From the NCBI GenBank assembly GCA_964057225.1, contig OZ059896.1:18538001-18602000 (forward strand): a stretch of DNA of 64,000 nucleotides, read 5' to 3'. Numbering within the stretch: position 1 is the first letter of the stretch; each line of letters opens with the position of its first letter. Both the position numbers and the translations under genes were made by a program. Below, in pieces: positions 15,001 through 26,240 of this stretch. Source of the DNA: Auanema rhodensis. Its lineage: Eukaryota; Animalia; Nematoda. Below the pieces are notes generated by a model, which was given only the letters and a program-made list of their open reading frames with translations, was not told where the DNA came from and did not search any database.

Positions 15001-17553
15001 TATATTTTTTTATTTTGTTTTAGTCAATAATAAGCGGTTCACTATCACCACAGATAAGATATGTTTTGTTTATGAAAATGGGGAATTCTTGGAGAATGGC
15101 AATGAAAGTAAAATTTTTTTTTAAATATTCAGGAATGATCATCGAGAGTTTCCATCTTTTTATAGAGAACTTGTTTACATTCAACAGTATGTTCACAAAA
15201 TTGTTAGCTGGACGGCCAATTCAATTCTTCAGATGTTTTTCTATTTTTATTATAATTTTTAGATATTAATCAATGTAGTCAAGATGATTCTCTGAAAGTA
15301 TTCCCAAATTTAGAAAAAATAAAAGCAGGCAAACAAATTTTTACTGTGTCAAAGGTAAACATCAATACTTTTGCTAGCAATACTCGTGATTGTTTCGCAC
15401 TCTGGACCGGAAGTTGTAATATAGCGATCATTTACTCTATATAGGTATACGATTCATTTGCTCTATATATGTTAATATTTTTTTATTTTGTTTTAGTCAA
15501 TAATAAGCGGTTCACTATCACCACAGATAAGATATGTTTTGTTTATGAAAATGGGGAATTCTTGGAGAATGGCAATGAAAGTAATATTATTTTAAAAATA
15601 TTCAGGAATGATCATCGAGAGTTTCCATCTTTTTATAGAGAACTTGTTTACATTCAACAGTATGTTCACAAAATTGTTAGCTGGACGGCCAATTCAATTC
15701 TTCAGATGTTTTTCTATTTTTATTATAATTTTTAGATAATAATCAATGTAGTCAAGATGATTCTTTAAAAGTATTCCCAAAATTAGAAGAAATGAGAGCA
15801 GGCAAACAAATGTTTACTGTGTCAAAGGAAAACATCAATACTTTTGCTAGCAATACTCGTAATTGTTTTGCATTCTGGACCGGCAATTGTAATATAGCGA
15901 TCATTTACTCTATATAGGTATACGATATATTTTGCTCCATATATGTTTATATTTTTTTATTCTGTATTGGTCAATAATAAGTGGTTCACTATCACCACAG
16001 ATGAGATATCTTTTTATTATGAAAATGGGGAATTCTTGGAGAATAGTAATGAAATTAATATTATTTTAAAAATATTCAGGAATGATCATCGAGAGTTTTC
16101 AGCTTTTCATAGAGAACTTATTTACATTCAACAGTATGTTCACAAAACTGTAAGCTGGACGGCCGGTTCAATGTTTTTTGATGTTTTTTTATTTTTTTCA
16201 TTCAATTTTTCGAAAATTTACCAATGTAGTCAAGATGATTCTCTGAAAGTATTCCCAAATTTAGAAAAAATTAAAGCAGGCAAACAAATTTTCACTGTGT
16301 CAAAGGTAAACATCAGTACTTTTGCTAGCAATACTCGTGATTGTTTTGCACTCTGGACCGGAAATTGTAATATAGCGATCATTTACTCTATATAGGTATA
16401 CGATTCATTTGCTCCATATATATTTATATTTTTTTATTTTGTTTTAGTCAATAATAAGTGGTTCACTATCACCACAGATAAGATATGTTTTTATTATGAA
16501 AATGGGGAATTCTTGGAGAATGGCAATGAAAGTAATATTATTTTAAAAATATTCAGGAATGATCATCGAGAGTTTCCATATTTTTATAGAGAACTTGTTT
16601 ACATTTAACAGTATGTTCACAAAACTGTAAGCTGGACGGCCGGTTCAATGTTTTTTGATGTTTTTTTATTTTTTTTATTCAATTTTTCGAAAATTTACCA
16701 ATGTAGTCAAGATGATTCTCTGAAAGTATTCCCAAATTTAGAAAAAATGAAAGCAGGCAAACAAATTTTCACTGTGTCAAAGGTAAACATCAGTACTTTT
16801 GCTAGCAATACTCGTGATTGTTTTGCACTCTGGACCGGAAATTGTAATATAGCGATCATTTACTCTATATAGGTATACGATTCATTTGCTCCATATATAT
16901 TTATATTTTTTTATTCTGTATTGGTCAATAATAAGTGGTTCACTATCACCACAGATAAGATATGTTTTTATTATGAAATTGGGGACTTCTTGGAGAATGG
17001 CAATGAAAGTAATATTATTTTAAAAATATTCAGGAATGATCATCGAGAGTTTCCATATTTTTATAGAGAACTTGTTTACATTTAACAGTATGTTCACAAA
17101 ACTGTAAGCTGGACGGCCGGTTCAATGTTTTTTGATGTTTTTTTATTTTCATCATTCAATTTTTCGAAAATTTACCAATGTAGTCAAGATGATTCTCTGA
17201 AAGTATTCCCAAATTTAGAAAAAATGAAAACAGGCAAACAAATTTTCACTGTGTCAAAGGTAAACATCAATACTTTTGCTAGCAATACTCGTGATTGTTT
17301 TGCACTCTGGACCGGAAATTGTAATATAGCGATCATTTACTCTATATAGGTATACGATTCATTTGCTCCATATATATTTATATTTTTTTATTCTGTATTG
17401 GTCAATAATAATTGGTTCACTATCACCACAGATAAGATATGTTTTTATTATGAAAATGGGGAATTCTTGGAGAATAGCAATAAAAGTAATATTATTTTGA
17501 AGATATTCAGGAATGATCATCGAGAGTTTCCATCTTTTCATAGAGAACTTGTT
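1..17553 (+). repeat. Tandem satellite array, ~477-bp AT-rich monomer (variants ~451 and ~396 bp), ~37-38 copies, runs off the left edge
   Basis: Landmarks such as GCTAGCAATACTCGTGATTGTTTCGCACTCTGGACCGG and GCTGGACGGCCGG recur every ~450-480 bp. The monomer period of 477 is seen at 16648->17125. Near-identical blocks recur at 1773 bp (451/2224/3997), 2356 bp (5647/8003, 6328/8684) and 3266 bp (9411/12677, 10404/13670, 12203/15469). Confidence 0.97.
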
Positions 17554-18130
17554 CCAGAGAATCATCTTGACTACATTGATAATTTTTCAAAAAATTGAAT
17601 GACAAAAATAAAAAAACATCAAAAAACATTGAACCGGCCGTCCAGCTAACAGTTTTGTGAACATACTGTTGAATGTAAACAAGTTCTCTATAAAAAGATG
17701 AAAACTCTCGATTATCATTTCTTTTTTTTTGAAATAATATTACTTTCATTACCATTCTCCAAAAATTTCCCATTTTCATGATAAAACATATCTTATCTGT
17801 GGTGATATTGGACCGCTTATTATTGACTAAAACAAAATAAAAAAATAGATACATATATAGATCAAATGATCGCTATGTTAAAATTGCCGGTCCAGAGTGC
17901 GAACCAATTACGAGTATTGCTAGCAAGAGTACTGATGTATTCCTTCGACACAGTAAAAATTTGTTCGCCTGCTTTCATTTCTTTTAAATTCGGGAATACT
18001 TTTAGAGAATCCTCTTGACTACATTGATAAATATTTAAAAAATTGAATGACAAAAATAAAAAAACATCAAAAAACATTGAATCGGCCGTCCAGCTAACAA
18101 TTTTGTGAACATACTGTTAAATGTAAACAA
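17552..18130 (-). repeat. Inverted segment (~1.2 monomers) of the 477-bp satellite
   Basis: After ...TAGAGAACTTGTT (17553) the sequence reads CCAGAGAATCATCTTGACTACATTG, the reverse complement of satellite CAATGTAGTCAAGATGATTCTCTGG. Minus-strand ORFs 17507..17854 and 17862..18077 translate to the satellite peptides. Confidence 0.95.
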
Positions 18131-18879
18131 AATTTCAAAATTTAATGTCAGTCTAAGTAAATGAACATCATCATGATGAAAAGTATATGGAAAATAAAAT
18201 AAATATATCTAATCATGCTTTGTGAAAATTCTGCATTATTTAACAAATCAAAAATACCTCTTCTGAGAACTTGGTTTCCGTTTCCGAAACTCGAACTCAT
18301 TAGTCAGGTGCGAATTTTAAGAAACACAGATTCGGGCAGTAAAATAATGGTAATGATATAACAACTCTTCCGCACTATATGTTCGAAATGTATGTATATA
18401 TTTTTTCACCTTTTTTGTTATTCGAGCAAAACTGATTGGTTCGATCGATATTTTATGAAGAACGTAAACAGATAAAAAAATTCATTATCAAATTACAAGA
18501 AATCACAGTATGAGTTATACATTGACAAAGAATACAAAAAAAAATAATAAAATAGAGAATGTACCGATTTAAGACTAACATAGTTTCAAAGCAACCGATC
18601 TGGGTTAGTGCAAAAATAAACCCGTATTATATGTATTTCATTTTGTAGGCATGACTGGTTTGGGCTTTGGTCATTTGAATAGCTTGCACATGTTTAGCAT
18701 ATGGTTGTAGTTTTGATATTGAAAAATTAGATATACCGATTCAAATTAATTAAGAAAAATTTGAGTTCTATGTTGCTTCATGATGTGAAATACAGGTATT
18801 CTTCAAGACTTATGTTTTGGACGAAAACTGTAGTGAATCTGTGAAACATATATCGGCCGAAACAATAAGCAAAACTTGA

Positions 18880-18951
18880 AAATTCCGCTTTGAATTAAAC
18901 TTTGGTCGCAGCATTTAGAATTTTAAGTGCTAACCAGTACACCCCTGAACT
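18880..18951 (-). pseudogene. Highly decayed tRNA-Gln-like pseudogene
   Basis: Minus strand AGTTCAGGGGTGTACTGGTTAGCACTTAAAATTCTAAATGCTGCGACCAAAGTTTAATTCAAAGCGGAATTT aligns without gaps to the copy at 21273 and to the eukaryotic tRNA-Gln pattern (GGTGTA..GGTTAGCACT...CTGCGACC..AGTT). Stems are broken. Confidence 0.6.
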
Positions 18952-19284
18952 ACTGCATTCTATTACAAAAAATTGTCACATATTAGATTTTATTCTCTTT
19001 TTTGTTCAAAATAATTGGAAACAATTTTGGAACAATATGATTAAGAGAAGATATTAAAATTTCAACTTTTTTGAAGTTTGAACTCAGCTTATCGCTGTTA
19101 TCCGAGTTTGGTGCTGTTGTAGTGGTCAGATGAAAAAAATCTTTCTTGATTCTCAATAACCAGATTCGAAATTAAAACTCATTTACTCAGGCTTGAATTT
19201 AAAAAAACACAAATTTGGGCAGTAAAATAACGTGAATGTTATAACGATTCTTCCGCACTTTTTATGTTCGATATATATGTATAT

Positions 19285-21083
19285 TAGAGTTGGGAATCGA
19301 CATCGACAAATCGACACGATAGTCGATAATCAGGGTTGAATGAATAATCGATATGAGAATTAATTATCGACAACCGTTTTATTGAAGACGCCTTCTACCG
19401 AAAAACTTACGAAATTCTTTCCTACTAAAAAGGAATGTAATCAGGCCGAATTGAATCGTCTTTTTGCTCTTTATATAGCAACGTCATATGCTCCCGCTTA
19501 TTCACTTGAAAACAAATTTCTTCATGAAATTGTAAAAAGTTTGAACCCATCATATAAAGTTCCGTCAAGGAAAACAGTTCTTAATATTGCCATTAAAATT
19601 TCTCATGGTATGTTGATTATTAGTTTTTTAATTCTTTTGTTCTGGTTTCAGAAACTCATTCAAAAATTAAATATCTGCTCAGAGATTCCGATTTCTTCGC
19701 GATTCCCCCCACAATAAGACCAAGAAAAGATATAACTTGATATGGGATATCATCGATATTAATGGTTCACATTCTGGTAAATCTATACATGAGAAAATCG
19801 CTGGTTCTCTTGGGGAAGATTTATTAAAAAAAGTTATATGTTGTGTCACCGACGGTGCTACAAATGTTAAGAAAGCGTGCGATCTTCTACTGAAAAAATA
19901 GTAAGGTTTGGATCAAATTTAATTAACTGTTTCTTTTTTCAGTCTTCATTGTTTTCCGCATATTCCAAACTTGGTTCTTCAACAAGTATTTAAGAAGAAA
20001 CCTATTCATTCTCTTCCGGAAAAAATGTGCATGTTTGCAAAAAAAATCAAAAGGAGTTCTCGATTACGGGAAAAAATTAAAAATTCTGAATGCTCTGAAC
20101 AAATCGTACGTGATTGTTCTATTAAATGGAATAGCAGTTATAAGATGATAATTCATTTTATTAAAATGGTAAGCGTTTTTCGTATTGTGTACTTTATTGA
20201 AATTGATGTTTTTTTGAATGTTGTGTACTTTCCTTGCATTTTGAGGAAGAAGGAGAAGGATTATTTCATGAAGCTGAGATTGAATTTTTGAAATTTGTTG
20301 GGACCGTTCTTAAAATTTTTGAAGAAGGAACTCTTATTTCTTCGAAAGCTAAAGAAACATCTGTATTTATTTTTGGATCTTGTAAACTAATAGAAAAACA
20401 GCTGGAAAGGTGAATATAAAACATTAGTTTTTATAAATGTTTCAATTCGAACATTTAGGTTGAGTGGCACGGTGCAATCTAATATTCAATCTACTTTTTT
20501 GGGAGATATCCTATCATCATATAAACTACTACGGAAAGAAGATGACTCAAAATGAAAAGTTCTTGAAAATGGGAGCTTTTTTTGACCCGAGACTGGTGTT
20601 CTCAAATATCTGCAAGGAGGAAGAATGGAAGCTGATTGAACAAGATGTTACAGAGGAACTTTACTAAAACGCTAATAATGATGAGATTGTAGATGTTTCT
20701 AACATCTCTGAAGGCTTGTTCAGTGTAGTGCAAATAGAACCACTGAAAGCTAATGACATCATTTTATCTGAATTAGCTGAGTATCGTGGACTCCTACTAA
20801 CAACTAGACCATCTTCCTCAACAGATATCATTGATTGGTGGTTCAGCGAACAATATTTAACTCATTTATTCAACATGAGTAAAAAATTCAATACGATACC
20901 AAGTTCTTTGGTAGATTCAGAGCGACTTTTTAGGTATTGGTAAAGAGACATACGAGTGTGTTTCAAATTATTTTTTCTAGTAGAGTAGGTGTGTTTACAA
21001 GCAATAAAAGAAGAAACCGTATGCAAGCTAAAAAAATTCGAAAATTCATTTTTGCAAGTGAGAAGAAAAGTTGCAAGTGAGAA
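19285..21083 (+). mobile_element. Truncated hAT-superfamily DNA transposon (left terminus plus transposase relic, no right terminus seen)
   Basis: Begins TAGAGTTGGGAATCGA followed by clustered subterminal ATCGA(C/T) repeats (19296-19371), then the transposase relic. Ends abruptly in the tRNA-Gln-bearing repeat at ~21085. Confidence 0.75.
19382..21080 (+). pseudogene. hAT transposase pseudogene with short spliceosomal introns
   Basis: Motifs in order: LNPSYKVPSRKTV, CVTDGATNVKKA, HCFPH (CxxH), IKWNSSYKM, FFDPR, IIDWW...IPSSLVDSERLF(S) of the C-terminal dimerisation domain. Introns at 19608-19651 (GTATGT..TTTCAG), 19901-19942 (GTAAGG..TTTCAG) and 20934-20980; splicing the last restores SERLFS. 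The first catalytic Asp (DxW) region is missing, and stops and frameshifts are present. Confidence 0.88.
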
Positions 21084-21272
21084 GTTTTTTTCATTTGACC
21101 ATTACAACAGCACCAAACTTGGATAACGGCAATAAGCTGAGTTCAAACTTCAAAGAAATTAAAATCTTCATATCTCCTCTTAATCATATTGTGTCATAAT
21201 TGTTTCCAATCATTTTGAACAAGAGGGAGAATGTAATCTAATATGTGACGATTTTTTTTGATTAAATGTAAT

Positions 21273-21344
21273 GGTTCCGTGGTGTAGGAGTTAGCACTCA
21301 GGACTGTAAAGGCTGCTACCAGAGTTCTAATCGTGGCGGAACTG
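21273..21344 (+). pseudogene. tRNA-Gln-derived pseudogene
   Basis: GGTTCCGTGGTGTAGGAGTTAGCACTCAGGACTGTAAAGGCTGCTACCAGAGTTCTAATCGTGGCGGAACTG: 72 nt, acceptor stem retained, colinear with metazoan tRNA-Gln as I recall it. The anticodon stem is mispaired (CAGGA/GGCTG) and the B box is altered. Confidence 0.8.
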
Positions 21345-21867
21345 TCAAGTTTTGTTTTTTAGTTTGGCCGATTCATGTTTCAGATTTACTACAGTTCTGT
21401 GCAAAACTTCAAGTCCTGAAAAATACCTCTATACCACACTATGAAGCAGCGTAGAACCTATTTTTTTCAATTTCAACTCGACCGGTATATCTATTGTTTC
21501 CATGTTAAATCTACATCCATATGCTAAACATGTGCAAGCTATTCAAATGATCAAAGCCTAAACCAGCCATGCCTATGATTTAAAACACATAATACAGTTT
21601 TATTTTTGCTCTAACCCAGAAAGTTTGCTTTTGCGCTTAAGAGCCACAACTCAATACATTCTCTATTTTAATATTCTTCACTATATTTTGTATTCTTTGT
21701 TAATGTATAACTAATACTGTAATTGCTTGTGATTCAATAATGAATTCTCTTAGATGTTTACGTTCGTCTTAGAATATCGATCGAAACATTCGGTTTTGCC
21801 TAAAAAACACAAAAAGGTAGAAAAACATATTTATATATATATATCCAACATATAAAGTGCGGAAGAG

Positions 21868-22200
21868 TCGTTATATCATTAACATTATTTTAATGCCCAA
21901 ATCTGTGTCTTTTAAAATTAGAACCTGAATAATGAGTTTTAGTTTCGGATATGGTTATTAAAAATCAAAAGAAAGTCTTTTTGTCATTAACATTATTTTA
22001 ATGCCCGAATCTGTGTTTTTTGAGAGTCGAGCCTCAATGATGAGTTTTAGTTTCGGATTTGGTTATTGAAAATCGAAAGAGAGTCGTTTTGTTATTAACT
22101 TTATTTACTACCGAATGTGTGTTTATTAAAAGTCGAGCCTGAGTAATGAGTTTTAATTTTGAATCTGGTTATTGAAAATCAAAAAAGATTTTTTTTGATT
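21868..22200 (+). repeat. Three diverged copies of a ~108-bp tandem subrepeat in the palindrome spacer
   Basis: (C/T)ATTAAC.TTATTT..TGCCC.AATCTGTG...ATGAGTTTTAGTTTCGGAT.TGGTTATT recurs at ~21877, 21985 and 22093. Confidence 0.85.
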
Positions 22201-22781
22201 TGACCATTACAACAGCACCATACTTGGATAACAGCGATAATCTGAGTTCAAACTTCAAAGAACTTGAAAACTTCATATCTCCTCTTAATCATATTATATG
22301 TTTTTCTACCTTTTTGAGTTATTCGGGCAAAACCGAATGTTTCGATCAATATTTTAAGACGAACGTAAACATATGAGAGGATTCATTATCGAATTGCAAG
22401 AAATTACAGTATTAGTTATACATTAACAAAGAATACAAAATATAGTGAAAAATATTAAAATAGAGAATGTATTGAGTTGTGGCTCTTAAGCGCAAAAGCA
22501 AACTTTCTGGGTTAGAGCAAAAATAATACTGTATTATGTGTTTTAAATCATAGGCATGGCTGGTTTAGGTTTTGATCATTTGAATAGCTTGCACATGTTT
22601 AGAATATGGTTGTAGATTTAACATTGAAACAATAGATATACCGGTTGAAATGAAATGGAAAAAAATAGGTTCTACGCTGCTTCATAGTGTGGTAAAGAGG
22701 TATTTTTCAGGACTTGAAGTTTTGCACAGAACTGTAGTAAATCTGAAACATGAATCGGCCAAACTAAAAAACAAAACTTGA

Positions 22782-22853
22782 CAGTTCCGCCACGATTAGA
22801 ACTCTGGTAGCAGCCTTTACAGTCCTGAGTGCTAACTCCTACACCACGGAACC
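22782..22853 (-). pseudogene. tRNA-Gln-derived pseudogene (mirror of 21273-21344)
   Basis: Reverse complement of 21273-21344. Confidence 0.8.
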
Positions 22854-23042
22854 ATTACATTTAATCAAAAAAAATCGTCGCATATTAGATTACATTCTCT
22901 TTCTTGTTCAAAATGATTGGAAACAATTATGAAACAATATGATTAAGAGGAGATATGAAGATTTTAATTTCTTTGAAGTTTGAACTCAGCTTATTGCCGT
23001 TATCCAAGTTTGGTGCTGTTGTAATGGTCAAATGAAAAAAAC

Positions 23043-24896
23043 TTCTCACTTGCAACTTTTCTTCTCACTTGCAAAAATGAATTTTCGAATTTTTTTAGCT
23101 TGCATACGGTTTCTTCTTTTATTGCTTGTAAACACACCTATTCTACTAGAAAAAATAATTTGAAACACACTCGTATGTCTCTTTACCAATACCTAAAAAG
23201 TCGCTCTGAATCTACCAAAGAACTTGGTATCGTATTGAATTTTTTACTCATGTTGAATAAATGAGTTAAATATTGTTCGCTGAACCACCAATCAATGATA
23301 TCTGTTGAGGAAGATGGTCTAGTTGTTAGTAGGAGTCCACGATACTCAGCTAATTCAGATAAAATGATGTCATTAGCTTTCAGTGGTTCTATTTGCACTA
23401 CACTGAACAAGCCTTCAGAGATGTTAGAAACATCTACAATCTCATCATTATTAGCGTTTTAGTAAAGTTCCTCTGTAACATCTTGTTCAATCAGCTTCCA
23501 TTCTTCCTCCTTGCAGATATTTGAGAACACCAGTCTCGGGTCAAAAAAAGCTCCCATTCTTCCTCCTTGCAGATATTTGAGAACACCAGTCTCGGGTCAA
23601 AAAAAGCTCCCATTTTCAAGAACTTTTCATTTTGAGTCATCTTCTTTCCGTAGTAGTTTATATGATGATAGGATATCTCCCAAAAAGTAGATTGAATATT
23701 AGATTGCACCGTGCCACTCAACCTAAATGTTCGAATTGAAACATTTATAAAAACTAATGTTTTATATTCACCTTTCCAGCTGTTTTTCTATTAGTTTACA
23801 AGATCCAAAAATAAATACAGATGTTTCTTTAGCTTTCGAAGAAATGAGAGTTCCTTCTTCAAAAATTTTAAGAACGGTCCCAACAAATTTCAAAAATTCA
23901 ATCTCAGCTTCATGAAATAATCCTTCTCCTTCTTCCTCAAAATGCAAGGAAAGTACACAACATTCAAAAAAACATCAATTTCAATAAAGTACACAATACG
24001 AAAAACGCTTACCATTTTAATAAAATGAATTATCATCTTATAACTGCTATTCCATTTAATAGAACAATCACGTACGATTTGTTCAGAGCATTCAGAATTT
24101 TTAATTTTTTCCCGTAATCGAGAACTCCTTTTGATTTTTTTTGCAAACATGCACATTTTTTCCGGAAGAGAATGAATAGGTTTCTTCTTAAATACTTGTT
24201 GAAGAACCAAGTTTGGAATATGCGGAAAACAATGAAGACTGAAAAAAGAAACAGTTAATTAAATTTGATCCAAACCTTACTATTTTTTCAGTAGAAGATC
24301 GCACGCTTTCTTAACATTTGTAGCACCGTCGGTGACACAACATATAACTTTTTTTAATAAATCTTCCCCAAGAGAACCAGCGATTTTCTCATGTATAGAT
24401 TTACCAGAATGTGAACCATTAATATCGATGATATCCCATATCAAGTTATATCTTTTCTTGGTCTTATTGTGGGGGGAATCGCGAAGAAATCGGAATCTCT
24501 GAGCAGATATTTAATTTTTGAATGAGTTTCTGAAACCAGAACAAAAGAATTAAAAAACTAATAATCAACATACCATGAGAAATTTTAATGGCAATATTAA
24601 GAACTGTTTTCCTTGACGGAACTTTATATGATGGGTTCAAACTTTTTACAATTTCATGAAGAAATTTGTTTTCAAGTGAATAAGCGGGAGCATATGACGT
24701 TGCTATATAAAGAGCAAAAAGACGATTCAATTCGGCCTGATTACATTCCTTTTTAGTAGGAAAGAATTTCGTAAGTTTTTCGGTAGAAGGCGTCTTCAAT
24801 AAAACGGTTGTCGATAATTAATTCTCATATCGATTATTCATTCAACCCTGATTATCGACTATCGTGTCGATTTGTCGATGTCGATTCCCAACTCTA
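23043..24896 (-). mobile_element. Mirror copy of the truncated hAT transposon
   Basis: Ends ...TCGATTCCCAACTCTA at 24896, the reverse complement of the terminus at 19285. Confidence 0.75.
23046..24799 (-). pseudogene. hAT transposase pseudogene (mirror copy, with 56-bp internal duplication)
   Basis: Same motifs and introns as 19382-21080; most ORF fragments are identical. Confidence 0.88.
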
Positions 24897-25229
24897 ATAT
24901 ACATATATATCGAACATAAAAAGTGCGGAAGAATCGTTATAACATTCACGTTATTTTACTGCCCAAATTTGTGTTTTTTTAAATTCAAGCCTGAGTAAAT
25001 GAGTTTTAATTTCGAATCTGGTTATTGAGAATCAAGAAAGATTTTTTTCATCTGACCACTACAACAGCACCAAACTCGGATAACAGCGATAAGCTGAGTT
25101 CAAACTTCAAAAAAGTTGAAATTTTAATATCTTCTCTTAATCATATTGTTCCAAAATTGTTTCCAATTATTTTGAACAAAAAAGAGAATAAAATCTAATA
25201 TGTGACAATTTTTTGTAATAGAATGCAGT

Positions 25230-25301
25230 AGTTCAGGGGTGTACTGGTTAGCACTTAAAATTCTAAATGCTGCGACCAAAGTTTAATTCAAAGCGGAATT
25301 T
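25230..25301 (+). pseudogene. Highly decayed tRNA-Gln-like pseudogene (mirror of 18880-18951)
   Basis: Reverse complement of 18880-18951. Confidence 0.6.
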
Positions 25302-26049
25302 TCAAGTTTTGCTTATTGTTTCGGCCGATATATGTTTCACAGATTCACTACAGTTTTCGTCCAAAACATAAGTCTTGAAGAATACCTGTATTTCACATCA
25401 TGAAGCAACATAGAACTCAAATTTTTCTTAATTAATTTGAATCGGTATATCTAATTTTTCAATATCAAAACTACAACCATATGCTAAACATGTGCAAGCT
25501 ATTCAAATGACCAAAGCCCAAACCAGTCATGCCTACAAAATGAAATACATATAATACGGGTTTATTTTTGCACTAACCCAGATCGGTTGCTTTGAAACTA
25601 TGTTAGTCTTAAATCGGTACATTCTCTATTTTATTATTTTTTTTTGTATTCTTTGTCAATGTATAACTCATACTGTGATTTCTTGTAATTTGATAATGAA
25701 TTTTTTTATCTGTTTACGTTCTTCATAAAATATCGATCGAACCAATCAGTTTTGCTCGAATAACAAAGAAGGTGAAAAAATATATACATACATTTCGAAC
25801 ATATAGTGCGGAAGAGTTGTTATATCATTACCATTATTTTACTGCCCGAATCTGTGTTTCTTAAAATTCGCACCTGACTAATGAGTTCGAGTTTCGGAAA
25901 CGGAAACCAAGTTCTCAGAAGAGGTATTTTTGATTTGTTAAATAATGCAGAATTTTCACAAAGCATGATTAGATATATTTATTTTATTTTCCATATACTT
26001 TTCATCATGATGATGTTCATTTACTTAGACTGACATTAAATTTTGAAAT

Positions 26050-26240
26050 TTTGTTTACATTTAACAGTATGTTCACAAAATTGTTAGCTGGACGGCCGAT
26101 TCAATGTTTTTTGATGTTTTTTTATTTTTGTCATTCAATTTTTTAAATATTTATCAATGTATTCAAGAAGATTCTCTAAAAGTATTCCCGAATTTAAAAG
26201 AAATGAAAGCAGGCGAACAAATTTTTACTGAGTCAAAGGA
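26050..26240 (+). repeat. Fragment of the 477-bp satellite at the outer end of the right arm
   Basis: TTGTTTACATTTAACAGTATGTTCACAAAATTGTTAGCTGGACGGCCG...; ORF 26104 begins with the satellite peptide. Confidence 0.9.

Larger units (their letters stand above)
17941..21830 (+). repeat. Left arm (~3.9 kb) of a large inverted duplication
   Basis: Mirror ORFs have identical translations: 19382..19717(+)/24464..24799(-), 19971..20291/23890..24210, 20716..20943/23183..23410. Coordinate sums are constant (44181 outer, 44126 inner). Confidence 0.95.
22296..26240 (-). repeat. Right arm (~3.9 kb) of the inverted duplication; spacer 21831-22295
   Basis: Reverse complement of 17941-21830. Differs by a 56-bp tandem duplication (from 23498), a 1-bp homopolymer indel and scattered substitutions concentrated near the centre. 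Confidence 0.95.

Noticed and set aside
1-17553. Satellite monomer as a 5S rRNA, spliced-leader or tRNA gene array
   Set aside because: No SL1 sequence, 5S motifs or cloverleaf were found; GGTTCAATG is only a partial B-box resemblance.
451-17854. Dozens of 60-150-aa ORFs in the satellite
   Set aside because: Frames shift and stop differently between monomers, composition is F/I/K/N-rich as expected from AT-rich DNA, and no domain is recognisable.
21273-21344. Functional tRNA-Tyr (GTA at the anticodon position)
   Set aside because: The body is Gln-type and the anticodon stem and B box are disrupted; GTA is best explained by mutational decay.
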